DNA from: Patescibacteria group bacterium
GTDB lineage: Bacteria > Patescibacteriota > Patescibacteriia > Buchananbacterales > UBA6539
Direction of reading: 5' to 3'
Assembly (NCBI GenBank): GCA_034003985.1
Contig: JAVEXP010000002.1
Location: 208,789-272,788 of the forward strand
DNA length: 64,000 bases
Part shown: positions 37,652 to 47,229 of the stretch, in pieces
Layout of the letters: each line of letters starts with the position of its first letter
Position numbering within the stretch: position 1 is the first letter of the stretch
The notes under the pieces: model-generated
Database searches by the model: none
What the model saw: only the letters and a program-made list of their open reading frames with translations
Told to the model about the DNA's origin: nothing
Program-made: the position numbers and the translations under genes

Positions 37652-38611
37652 ATGTTAAAACTAATCTCAATAATTATCCCGGTCTATAATGAAGAGGGCA
37701 ATATTGCCCCGATTTATGACGCTTTACGCACTCAATTTTCTGTTTTGGGTGCTGATTTTGATTACGAAATTATTTTTATTAATGACGGATCTTGTGATAA
37801 CAGCGCTTCCCAAATTGATATTTTGATTCAAAAAGATTTTCGGGTTAAAATGATTGAATTTTCGCGGAATTTTGGCAAAGAAATTGCCACCACTGCCGGG
37901 TTGCATCATGCTGTTGGCGATGCCGCCATTATGATTGACGCTGATCTTCAACATCCGCCAGAGTTGATTCCTAAGCTGGTTGCCAAGTGGCAGCAAGGTT
38001 TTGATATGGTCATTGGTGTTCGTCAGAATAACGAAACTGAAAGCCTGATTAAGCGGTTTGGATCAATTGTGTTTTATAAAGCGATGAAGCTGATTGGTGA
38101 AACCAAGATTGCTTCTCGGACTACCGACTTTAGAATTATCGACCGTAAAGTGATTGACGCTTTTAAAGGGTTTGGCGAACATAACCGCATTACTCGCGGA
38201 CTGCTTGACTGGCTGGGTTTTAAAAAAGATTATATTTATTTCACCGCTCGACCCCGCCAAAGCGGTCAGGCTTCTTATTCTAAAATGAAATTAATTAAGC
38301 TGGCACTTTCCACCTTTGTTTCCCATAGTTTGTTTCCGCTAAAATTTGCCGGCTATTTGGGAATTTTGATCATTGGTTTTTCTGGTCCGCTGGGGTTATT
38401 CATTTTTATTGATAAATACATTTTGACTGATGCTACCGGGCTTAATTTTTCCGGCCCGGCAATTTTGGCCGTTATCAATATGTTTTTTACCGGTGTTATT
38501 TTAAGCTGCTTGGGACTGATTGCTTTGTATATCGCCGACATTCAGGGTGAAGTTACCAACCGACCGATTTATATTGTCCGGTCTAAGAAAAATTTTGACC
38601 ATAACCAATAG
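37652..38611 (+). CDS. GT2 polyprenol-phosphate glycosyltransferase (GtrB/ArnC-like)
   Basis: IPVYNEE, FSRNFGKE, DADLQHPP, two C-terminal TMs, RPIYIV. Confidence 0.92.
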   Translation: MLKLISIIIPVYNEEGNIAPIYDALRTQFSVLGADFDYEIIFINDGSCDNSASQIDILIQKDFRVKMIEFSRNFGKEIATTAGLHHAVGDAAIMIDADLQHPPELIPKLVAKWQQGFDMVIGVRQNNETESLIKRFGSIVFYKAMKLIGETKIASRTTDFRIIDRKVIDAFKGFGEHNRITRGLLDWLGFKKDYIYFTARPRQSGQASYSKMKLIKLALSTFVSHSLFPLKFAGYLGILIIGFSGPLGLFIFIDKYILTDATGLNFSGPAILAVINMFFTGVILSCLGLIALYIADIQGEVTNRPIYIVRSKKNFDHNQ

Positions 38612-38612
38612 C

Positions 38613-39425
38613 ATGCCCGCTGTTTCTGTTTTAATGCCGGCGTATAACGCCGCTCCATATCTTAAGCAATCAATTGACAGCATTATCAGTCAGACTTTTA
38701 CTGATTGGGAACTATTGATTGTCGACGACGCTTCAACCGATGACACCGGTCTGATCGTCCAAGCTTATGCCGCCGCTGACAGTCGGATCAAAGTTTTTAA
38801 AAACGAAATTAATTTAGGTATTGCCGCCAGCCGTAATCGTTTGTTGAGTTTGGCGCGGGGCGAATATATTGCCTGGCAAGATGCCGATGATATTTCCGAA
38901 CCGAGCCGTTTGGCCAAGCAATACCAATTTATGACCGCCAATCCTCAAGTTGGCATTTGTGGCGGGTATTTGGTATTTTTTGACGACCATAAAAGTTTTG
39001 GTATTCGGCAATATGAAATTAGCGATCACCAAATCAGGAAAAATATTTTTCGGTTTTCGCCGGTCGCTCAACCGGCGGCCATGATCAGAGCCGATGTTTT
39101 TGCCAAGGTCGGCACATATCAACCAGGAATTAATGTGGCCGAAGATCTGTTAATGTCTTTTAAAATTGGTCGGTATTATCAATTCGCCAACTTGCCTGAA
39201 GTGTTGGTTAAATACCGGCAGCAGCCTAATTCCATTACTTTCAAAAAACTTAAAGTTTTGGAATTAAACACTCTTAAAATCCGTTGGCAATTTCACAATG
39301 ATCCAAATTACCAATTTAGTTTGGTTGACTATGTTTATAATATTTTGCAGTTTTTAACCCTTTATTTGTCTCCCGCCCGTTTTCGAATTTGGGCGTTTAA
39401 TCTGGTTAGAAATTCCAAAATATGA
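38613..39425 (+). CDS. GT2 glycosyltransferase
   Basis: VSVLMPAYN, DDASTD, QDADD, AED. Confidence 0.9.
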   Translation: MPAVSVLMPAYNAAPYLKQSIDSIISQTFTDWELLIVDDASTDDTGLIVQAYAAADSRIKVFKNEINLGIAASRNRLLSLARGEYIAWQDADDISEPSRLAKQYQFMTANPQVGICGGYLVFFDDHKSFGIRQYEISDHQIRKNIFRFSPVAQPAAMIRADVFAKVGTYQPGINVAEDLLMSFKIGRYYQFANLPEVLVKYRQQPNSITFKKLKVLELNTLKIRWQFHNDPNYQFSLVDYVYNILQFLTLYLSPARFRIWAFNLVRNSKI

Positions 39426-40255
39426 GCGGGCAGCTTCCTAAAATTTCAGTACTGATGCCGTTTTACAATGCGGTTGATTACTTGGATACCGCGCTTGCCA
39501 GTATTGTTAATCAGACTTTTACCGATTGGGAATTGATTTTAATCAATGATGCTTCAACTGATGGTTCCGATGTAGTTGTTCAAAAATATTTGGCCGATTC
39601 CCGGATTATTTATTTTAAAAATCAAACCAACCGCGGCATTGTCGAAAATCTTAATTTTGGTTTAAGCCAGGCCAAAAGCGAGATTGTTGCCCGAATGGAC
39701 GGTGATGATAGCTGTGATCCAGCCAGATTCGCCAAGCAGTATGATTTTTTATTGAATCATCCATCGGTAGCGGCGGTGGGGACTTTCATAAAAATTATTG
39801 ATCAGACTGGCAGCGTTGTGGATTGGCGCACCAAACCATTGGATTTTACGGTCATAAAAAATAATTTGCTGGTATATTCACCGTTAGTTCATGCGACTTT
39901 AATGTTTCGCAAGTCTGTAATTATGGAAGTTGGTGCCTACCGCAATCAATATTTGTATTGTGAAGACATCGATTTATTTTTCCGCTTGGTATATTTTGGT
40001 CATCAATTAGCTAATTTGCCCGAGTTTTTGTATCAATACCGTTACCACCGAAATTCAGCGGCTCATCGGTCGCGCTTAATCGCTTCTCGCTTGTATCAAC
40101 TGCGGCGAGAAACTATCAAGAATTTCAATTTGCATCCGGCTTGGTCACAACGCCTGATGATTTTTGGCCAGTATCTGGCTGGACTGATTTTAAGCGGTCG
40201 TCAACGGCAATGGCTGGAAGGATTTTATAAGAAAATTTTTTATCATGAAAAATAA
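39422..40255 (+). CDS. GT2 glycosyltransferase
   Basis: SVLMPFYN, NDASTD, MDGDD, CED. Confidence 0.9.
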   Translation: MSGQLPKISVLMPFYNAVDYLDTALASIVNQTFTDWELILINDASTDGSDVVVQKYLADSRIIYFKNQTNRGIVENLNFGLSQAKSEIVARMDGDDSCDPARFAKQYDFLLNHPSVAAVGTFIKIIDQTGSVVDWRTKPLDFTVIKNNLLVYSPLVHATLMFRKSVIMEVGAYRNQYLYCEDIDLFFRLVYFGHQLANLPEFLYQYRYHRNSAAHRSRLIASRLYQLRRETIKNFNLHPAWSQRLMIFGQYLAGLILSGRQRQWLEGFYKKIFYHEK

Positions 40256-42641
40256 GCTCGAACAATTTATCAACCGCTACTGGCATTGGCTGATTTTTGG
40301 TTTGATGGTTTTTTTGGCCTTGTCTTTTCTAATTTTCCATCGCGGGGTATGGGCTTTTGCCGACAGCGGTTTTTATTACCAAAGTATTCTTCAGGCTAAA
40401 GAGATTTTTTGGTCCAAGCTCGGACAGTTTGCTAATACCGACGGATTCTACCTTGGGTTTGATAATTCCGCCGAAAGTTTTTCTCACCTGGTTATTTCTC
40501 TTTATCAGGTAATTTTGACTTATATTTTTGGGGCTGATTTTGGCCAGATTGTTTATTATTTTGTTTTTTATCTTTTGAGTTTCATTTTCGGTGTCAAGTT
40601 GCTACGCAAAATTCTCCCACAATTTGGCAATCTGGAAATCAGGCTGGGGGCGTTGTTTATTGCCTTTAATCCTTTTGCTCTGTTAATATCCACTTTGTTT
40701 GCCATTAGTTATATCTACCCAGCATTTATCATCGCCACTTATGCCCTGTTTAGTTATTTAGATAAGGGTAAAATTAGACATTTAATTTTAAGCGTTTTTT
40801 TTGCGATTTATTTGGTTTCTTATCTGCGGTTGGTACCGATTATTTTATTGACTGGGGTAATTTTGGTTTGGATATTTTTTGGTCGCAAGTTTTGGCGCCT
40901 TAAACGATTGATTGTTTTTTTAATGTTCTTTTTAATTTGTGCCAGTCCGTTTCTTGTTAGTAATATTTTGTCTTTGACCGACAGCAGCAACATTGTCACC
41001 AATTATACCGATTTTTTTAGTAAGTACGGGGAAGCCAATTATAAATTCAAAGAATCATTTTTGAATTCCTTCAGTTATCCCGGTGGTTTTACCCCTTCTA
41101 GTCTGAGTTTTTATTATAATAACCGTGGTTTGCCCGGTTTTGCCGACAATTATGCCGTTAAAGACAGTTTTGAATTTTTTAAAACTATTCAGGTGATTTT
41201 TAACATCAGTTTGCTGATTTTTGCCCTGTCGTCTTTTAAGAGTATTCGCAATCTCAAAATCATCGGAGTATTATCTGGGGTATTTTTTCTTAATACCCTT
41301 GGTTTTTTTGTCAATTATGGAATTTTCTTAAAACTTAATCAGACCGTTTTGATATTTTTATACAATGATTACGGTTTTATTCAATTTGTTCAGGTCATCC
41401 TTTACGCGGCGCTGATTGTCATTTTGGCTCACCATCTGCGTCGATCCTGGGGAATGGTCAAGGCCAGTATTTTTGGTTTGATGGTTTTGCTTTATTTGTT
41501 GATTAATTTAATGCCCTTGTTATTTAATCACTACGGTCTTCAAAAAATTAATCAGCCGCCGAGCGGGTATCAAGAAACTTTTTTTCAGCAGCGACCTTAT
41601 CAGTTTTCCGAAGCGTCTTTGTTTGTGCCATACCACTGGTTAAAATTTGATTGGTCTCCTTATTTTATTGATTTGAATGTTTTCCCTTACTCGCCATACC
41701 AAAGCTTGATCGTACCCAATCTAAGGGTTGTCCGTCAGGATTTTGTTGATTTTTATAACAGTATTTATGATCATACTACTGATCAGCAGTTTGCCAATAT
41801 CAGAATTTTCAATCTTAAAAATATTTTTGTTTTTCATAAAATCGAAGACGCCAATGATCGGATTGATACCTATCGCGTAGTCAACATTGAGAATAATGGC
41901 GAAAGAATTTATCAGGGATTGACCAAGCGTCATGATCTTAGCGTTATTCAATCGAATGAAGATTTTACTCATTTTCGAATTAAAGATTCTGATGATTTTG
42001 AATTTTTTATTTATTCACCCAAAAAATTAATCAATGTTGATTTTGATAATTTTTACGATTATCCATTTGATTTGTCGGATAAACCAGTTTTGTTTAACTC
42101 TCAAGAATTACATCAAGCTAATGCCATCAGGGAAATAAATTATCAGCTTAACTCGCCGTTGGTTTCCTATAAAATTTCGCCACTCAATGCCAACAAATAT
42201 TATGTTAAGATTAATGTTAATAAAAATTACCCTTTCTTAATCCAGCTCAATCAGGCGTTTTCCTCATTCTGGCGAGTTTACTTTATCACTAAACAAGACT
42301 GGGATCGTGTTGAGTGTCAAGGTGATTGGCAATATTTTAAGATTACCAATAATCAACGATGTTATATTAATCAACAACCTTTTGATTTGACGGACTTTAA
42401 ATTATTGACCGCTGCCAAACTGAAGTCCGAAAATCATTTTCGGGGCAATATCATTGGTAATTTGTGGCTGATTACGCCGACCGATATGGCTGAGGATAGC
42501 AATAGCGACAATCAAGAATTATATTTAATGATCTATTTTGACAAGCAGCTTTACTATTTGGTTACTTTGTTGATTTCGGGAGGTGGGTTTGTTGTTCTGT
42601 TGGCCCTTTGGTTTAAGGATTTTAAAAAGCATAACTTTTAA
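40245..42641 (+). CDS. multi-TM GT-C-like glycosyltransferase with extracytoplasmic C-terminal domain
   Basis: many hydrophobic helices, Asp after TM1 (FAD), F..FNPF, C-terminal LNQAF..FW and N.W motifs. Confidence 0.55.
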   Translation: MKNKLEQFINRYWHWLIFGLMVFLALSFLIFHRGVWAFADSGFYYQSILQAKEIFWSKLGQFANTDGFYLGFDNSAESFSHLVISLYQVILTYIFGADFGQIVYYFVFYLLSFIFGVKLLRKILPQFGNLEIRLGALFIAFNPFALLISTLFAISYIYPAFIIATYALFSYLDKGKIRHLILSVFFAIYLVSYLRLVPIILLTGVILVWIFFGRKFWRLKRLIVFLMFFLICASPFLVSNILSLTDSSNIVTNYTDFFSKYGEANYKFKESFLNSFSYPGGFTPSSLSFYYNNRGLPGFADNYAVKDSFEFFKTIQVIFNISLLIFALSSFKSIRNLKIIGVLSGVFFLNTLGFFVNYGIFLKLNQTVLIFLYNDYGFIQFVQVILYAALIVILAHHLRRSWGMVKASIFGLMVLLYLLINLMPLLFNHYGLQKINQPPSGYQETFFQQRPYQFSEASLFVPYHWLKFDWSPYFIDLNVFPYSPYQSLIVPNLRVVRQDFVDFYNSIYDHTTDQQFANIRIFNLKNIFVFHKIEDANDRIDTYRVVNIENNGERIYQGLTKRHDLSVIQSNEDFTHFRIKDSDDFEFFIYSPKKLINVDFDNFYDYPFDLSDKPVLFNSQELHQANAIREINYQLNSPLVSYKISPLNANKYYVKINVNKNYPFLIQLNQAFSSFWRVYFITKQDWDRVECQGDWQYFKITNNQRCYINQQPFDLTDFKLLTAAKLKSENHFRGNIIGNLWLITPTDMAEDSNSDNQELYLMIYFDKQLYYLVTLLISGGGFVVLLALWFKDFKKHNF

Positions 42642-42645
42642 ATTT

Positions 42646-44826
42646 ATGACTGCCGGCGCAAAAAGATATCAACGCTTTAAACTGGTCTTCATTCTGATGC
42701 TGGTAATTTTTAGCATTATCTACTTGGGCGGAAAATTTATAATGTCTCGCAACAATGTTAGGCATGTTCCGTTTTTGGCCGACAAAGTTTTGGTGGTTTT
42801 GAATAATCACGGATCAGAAGCCGATAATTTGGGTAATGTGGAATTTTTATTGAGAGATATTCAGGAGTTTACCGCTCAAGGTAGTAAAGTAGCTTTGATC
42901 GGCAGTAATCAGCCACAGGCAAATACCGACTTGGCTGAAATCATTAAATACAGTGCCGGGGTCTATGTTGACATGTTTAACAACAACCGTCAGGACCAGT
43001 CTTTGATTTCGGAATTCGATAATCAATTCAATCTTGGCGGGGAATTTTTGTTAAAATCGTATCTTTCCGAGAATAATAATCTTAGAATCGCTTATGATGC
43101 CGCCCAGCGTCGAATTGATTTTGTGTTGGCGAGTCAGCCTTTGAATATCAATGGTCAGCCTTTGAATATTGCGGATGTCGTTGTTTATGCCATTGAAGAT
43201 GTTAGTTCGGATTATTTGTTGAGGATTGGAGAGTTGGTTATTGATTTGTCGGGTTATCAAAATAATTTTAGCGTATCGGTCCAAGATTTACTTAACCAGT
43301 CTATTAGTTTATATCGTTTGGAAAATGACAACCTACTGGCGGGGGATAATTATTCGTTTGAGCAGGGTTATTGGTCCCAACCGGTCGGCGATTGCAGCGC
43401 TTATCTGCCGGGCAACCCGGACTTGCAGATGGAATTGACCAGCGATGCTACCCAGGGCCAACAATCGCTTAAACTTTCGGCGTCAAATCATTTTGCTTGC
43501 ACGCTTAAAGATTTCAATCTTCAATTGGATGATAGTCATTTTTATAAATTATCTTTTGATTATAAGAATATTAGTGGCCATAAAATTCAATATTATTACA
43601 GTTTAAGAAACAGTCTTGGTGGATCCGAAGAGTATTTCGGTTCATTGGAATCTTTCGATAATCGCTGGCATCAGTTTGAAAAAGTGATTGATTATCAAAT
43701 CGAGTCAGTCGACCAGCTTAGTGTTTATTTTTATGCACCGTCCGACGGCACAGTTGAAGTGGTTAATCTTTATGATAATTTGGCTTTGGCTGATTTTATC
43801 TTGGATCGGCCAATCAAAATTGATGCCGAAAAACTCAAGCGGGGTTACGACTTGGGGCAGGGCGTTATTTTGAAGCCCGCCACCAACACTTTTAAGGCTT
43901 TCCGCAATGACGAAAATCTTTTGGTGGGGGATAATTATTCGTTTGAGCAGGGTTTGTGGCAGGCCAGTGCTGGTGACTGTAGTGATTATCTGGACGGTCA
44001 GGGTGATTTTGAATTGGCTTGGGATAATCGTTCAACCGATGGCCGGCGTTCACTGTTTATTTCTTCGCGCAATCATTTTGCCTGTACCGGTAAAATTTTT
44101 CCGGTTGCTTTGTCCAATGACAAGCTGTACAAATTAATTTTTGATTATAAAACGATTGTCGGCAACAAGGGTCAGTATTATTATAATTTGAAAAATCAAT
44201 CCGGCCAAACCCAGGAGAAATATGATTCATTTGAAGACTATGAACCGGGCTGGCATGGCTTAGAAACGATTATTGATCCCAAAATTGTTAATATTAAAAG
44301 TCTGGAATTGATTTTTTACGCACCGTCGGACGGTAGCGGTGAAATTACCACTTTATATGATAATGTCAGGCTTCAGGAGTACGCCCCAAAAGTCATTTAT
44401 TCATATTACCTTAAGCAGGAGCATGATGTTTTGGCCGACCGCCAGGCGCTGATTAGTGATTATCGGGTTGATAATTTTTGGCAAACCAGAATAAAACTGA
44501 AAAACATAGACGGTCCGATGTTGCTGGTTTATCCCAAACAATATGATCCCAAGCTTAGTTTGGTAATCGGTTCAGATTTAACCGTTTCTAGCCAGTGGCA
44601 TTACATGGTTAACGACCGCCAAAACGGTTGGTGGCTTCCCGTTAATGATTTATGTACAGCCGGTAATAGCTGTCATTTGAACAGCGACGGTTCGTATGAT
44701 TTAGATTTGACGATTATCAATCATGATTATTTTGTTTTTCGCCGACTGACGATATTTTTAGCTGCTTTCCTAGTTATTTTATTAATTTTAATGTATGTTG
44801 CCAAAGGCCAAACCGAAATTGACTAA
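42646..44826 (+). CDS. membrane-anchored protein with two tandem carbohydrate-binding-like modules
   Basis: duplicated NLL.GDNYSFEQG.W..GDCS..NHFACT..YKL.FDYK..FYAPSDG..LYDN. Confidence 0.65.
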   Translation: MTAGAKRYQRFKLVFILMLVIFSIIYLGGKFIMSRNNVRHVPFLADKVLVVLNNHGSEADNLGNVEFLLRDIQEFTAQGSKVALIGSNQPQANTDLAEIIKYSAGVYVDMFNNNRQDQSLISEFDNQFNLGGEFLLKSYLSENNNLRIAYDAAQRRIDFVLASQPLNINGQPLNIADVVVYAIEDVSSDYLLRIGELVIDLSGYQNNFSVSVQDLLNQSISLYRLENDNLLAGDNYSFEQGYWSQPVGDCSAYLPGNPDLQMELTSDATQGQQSLKLSASNHFACTLKDFNLQLDDSHFYKLSFDYKNISGHKIQYYYSLRNSLGGSEEYFGSLESFDNRWHQFEKVIDYQIESVDQLSVYFYAPSDGTVEVVNLYDNLALADFILDRPIKIDAEKLKRGYDLGQGVILKPATNTFKAFRNDENLLVGDNYSFEQGLWQASAGDCSDYLDGQGDFELAWDNRSTDGRRSLFISSRNHFACTGKIFPVALSNDKLYKLIFDYKTIVGNKGQYYYNLKNQSGQTQEKYDSFEDYEPGWHGLETIIDPKIVNIKSLELIFYAPSDGSGEITTLYDNVRLQEYAPKVIYSYYLKQEHDVLADRQALISDYRVDNFWQTRIKLKNIDGPMLLVYPKQYDPKLSLVIGSDLTVSSQWHYMVNDRQNGWWLPVNDLCTAGNSCHLNSDGSYDLDLTIINHDYFVFRRLTIFLAAFLVILLILMYVAKGQTEID

Positions 44827-45517
44827 CTTTCATTATTATCGCCGACTGCTAACTTTCGTCAGCTTGACTCTTCTGCTGCTCTTCTTGTTTTTGATTATCT
44901 ATCGTCAAGATCAGCTGGCTAATGTGGTTTTGGCGTTTATTTATTTATTTATGGTTTTGTTGTTAATGTTTCAGATTTTGGAGTATTTGCGCGATCCTAA
45001 ACACTTCGATTTGCCTTTTGAAGAAAATTTGATTAAAAATTTTATCAACACCCGGGTTAATCTTTTAGGTGATCATGGTTATCGCGGCCGCTATCTTAAG
45101 CGTTTTAACCATTGGCAAAGACTAATTAACATTTTGGCCCTGATTGTTTTCTTTCTGATTTTTGGCATTTCCCAATCCGCCCAGGAGAACTATTCAAGCT
45201 TTTTTAGTTTGGCTTTGGCCATTGTTTTTTTTAATTTGTTGATGTTTTTTTATGATTTTGGCCGTCCCAAGGGCAGTTTTCGCCAGACCATTGGTAAGTT
45301 TAGTCGGCCCAACCGGCAGTATTCAATCAAAAAGATATTTTCTAACCGCAATACCGTTATGATTGTTTTGATTAATCTGTGTTTATTTTTGATTTTCTTG
45401 TTGCTCTATGGTTTTGATTTTCAGACTTTAGCCAAAGCTTTAAGTTTATTGTTTATTTTGCTAATCATTAACGGCGTGCTATTAGCCGACGCTCGTAATG
45501 AAAAATACAATGGTTAA
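44795..45517 (+). CDS. membrane protein
   Basis: about six hydrophobic helices; overlaps its neighbours in the operon. Confidence 0.6.
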   Translation: MLPKAKPKLTNFHYYRRLLTFVSLTLLLLFLFLIIYRQDQLANVVLAFIYLFMVLLLMFQILEYLRDPKHFDLPFEENLIKNFINTRVNLLGDHGYRGRYLKRFNHWQRLINILALIVFFLIFGISQSAQENYSSFFSLALAIVFFNLLMFFYDFGRPKGSFRQTIGKFSRPNRQYSIKKIFSNRNTVMIVLINLCLFLIFLLLYGFDFQTLAKALSLLFILLIINGVLLADARNEKYNG

Positions 45518-47189
45518 ATTTTTAAAACAACCGCAAAATTTAACGCCCGTCCTATTTTTTGGCTTGGCGGCAATTGTAATATTGTGGCAGATTTTATTAC
45601 CCGGATATATTCTGACTTTAGATTTAATTGCCACGCCGCATTTTAAGGTGTTTTTGGAACCCGGCGTTATTCATAATAATTTATTGTTTCAATATTTTTG
45701 GCAGTTGCTTAATTTGGCGCTACCGGGTTGGCTAATCCAAAAAATTTATCTGTTTTTAACCATCTTTTTGGCCGGTTTTTTGGCTTGGCGGTTTTTACCC
45801 TTGCCTGGTAAATCCATTGCTAGGCTTTGGGCTGGATTATTTTATATGGCCAATCCTTTTGTTTATGAAAGATTCTTGGCTGGACAAATCGGTATATTGG
45901 TTGCTTACGCCTTGTTGCCCTGGGTTGTTTTTTCGGCCAGCAATTTATTTAAAGATCAGCGATGGCGATTTTTAGTCGGTTTATTTTTTGGACTATGGTT
46001 GCTTAGTATTTTTTCGTTACACTTTTTGGCCATGGCGATAATTTTTATTTTATTGCTAGCATTTGTTCACTTAATCAGTCTGATCTGGTCTAAAAAATTT
46101 AAACTGTTTGCTCAATTGATTTTACAATTGGTTATTTTGGGTTTGGCATTGGCATTGGTTTCCAGTTATTGGCTGGTTCCTGCGGTTAAGAATTATTCCA
46201 ATTCGAATTTGAATAATTTTAATCAAGTTGATTTTCAGGCTTTTGTTACCAGCAGCCATGATCCTTTGGGCGCGGAGTTTAATGTTTTGTCCCTCCACGG
46301 TTTTTGGGGTGAAGTTAAGCCTTGGGCCGGCTATTTTATCTGGCCTAAAGATCATTATATTTTTTGGCTGGCGATGTTTGGCCTTTTGTGCCTGCTGTCT
46401 GCCAGGGGAGTGATTGAATCTTATTTCAAAAATCGTAGTTTATTTTTTCTGTTTGGTTTGACCGCGCTTGGCGGTTTGGTATTTTCGCTTGGATTGGCAC
46501 CCGGTATTTTTCAGTCATTAAACCAGTGGCTATTTGATCATATTTGGTTTTGGTCCGGTTTTCGCGATACTCAAAAATGGAGCGCTTGGTTGGTTTTGGC
46601 CTTTGCTTATTTTGGCGGCTTGGGTGTTTATGCCGTTGGTGAATTTGTTCAAGCTAAAAAGCCAAAACAATTACAAATCGTTTCGGTTGGTCTGATGCTA
46701 GTGGTTGTCTTTTTTACTTATCCGATCTGGGGCGGCTTCTCCCGGCAACTTAAATCAATTTGGTATCCGGCCAGTTGGCAGCAAGTCGCCGAAATAATTG
46801 ATCACCAAAATTCCGATTCCCGAATATTATTTTTACCCTGGCACCAGTATCTGTCTTTGGATTTCAACCAAAGCCTAGTTAGTCAGAATCCGGCCAAGGC
46901 GTTTTTCGGTTCCCGGATTGTTCAAAGTCATAATGCCGAACTGGATGGTGTTGATTCCGCCAACGCCGAACCATTGGTATCTGAAATCGAACAAATTTTG
47001 GCGGGCGACCAAACCCTTTCCGACATTAATACCTTGCGTTTGATTAAGGCCCGGGGGGTAGATCAGATTTTGATTATTAACAGTTTGTCATTAGAATTTT
47101 TGGCTAATTTTAGCGATTTTAAGGCCAGTGGCGCAATCAAGGAGGTATTTGGTTCCAATGACTTGACATTATACGAGATATTGTTGTAA
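45498..47189 (+). CDS. multi-TM GT-C-like glycosyltransferase (AftD/DUF3367-like N-terminal region)
   Basis: GYILTLD, FYMANPFVYERF.AGQ, GFRDTQKW, YPASW, LFLPWHQY. Confidence 0.6.
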   Translation: MKNTMVKFLKQPQNLTPVLFFGLAAIVILWQILLPGYILTLDLIATPHFKVFLEPGVIHNNLLFQYFWQLLNLALPGWLIQKIYLFLTIFLAGFLAWRFLPLPGKSIARLWAGLFYMANPFVYERFLAGQIGILVAYALLPWVVFSASNLFKDQRWRFLVGLFFGLWLLSIFSLHFLAMAIIFILLLAFVHLISLIWSKKFKLFAQLILQLVILGLALALVSSYWLVPAVKNYSNSNLNNFNQVDFQAFVTSSHDPLGAEFNVLSLHGFWGEVKPWAGYFIWPKDHYIFWLAMFGLLCLLSARGVIESYFKNRSLFFLFGLTALGGLVFSLGLAPGIFQSLNQWLFDHIWFWSGFRDTQKWSAWLVLAFAYFGGLGVYAVGEFVQAKKPKQLQIVSVGLMLVVVFFTYPIWGGFSRQLKSIWYPASWQQVAEIIDHQNSDSRILFLPWHQYLSLDFNQSLVSQNPAKAFFGSRIVQSHNAELDGVDSANAEPLVSEIEQILAGDQTLSDINTLRLIKARGVDQILIINSLSLEFLANFSDFKASGAIKEVFGSNDLTLYEILL

Positions 47190-47229
47190 GATAGGATACT
47201 TGATTATAGTCAATTTTTTAATTTAATTT

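Noticed and set aside
43341-43954. 29-bp DNA direct repeat GGGGGATAATTATTCGTTTGAGCAGGGTT
   Set aside because: Explained by the in-frame duplication of the carbohydrate-binding-like module; not a mobile-element end
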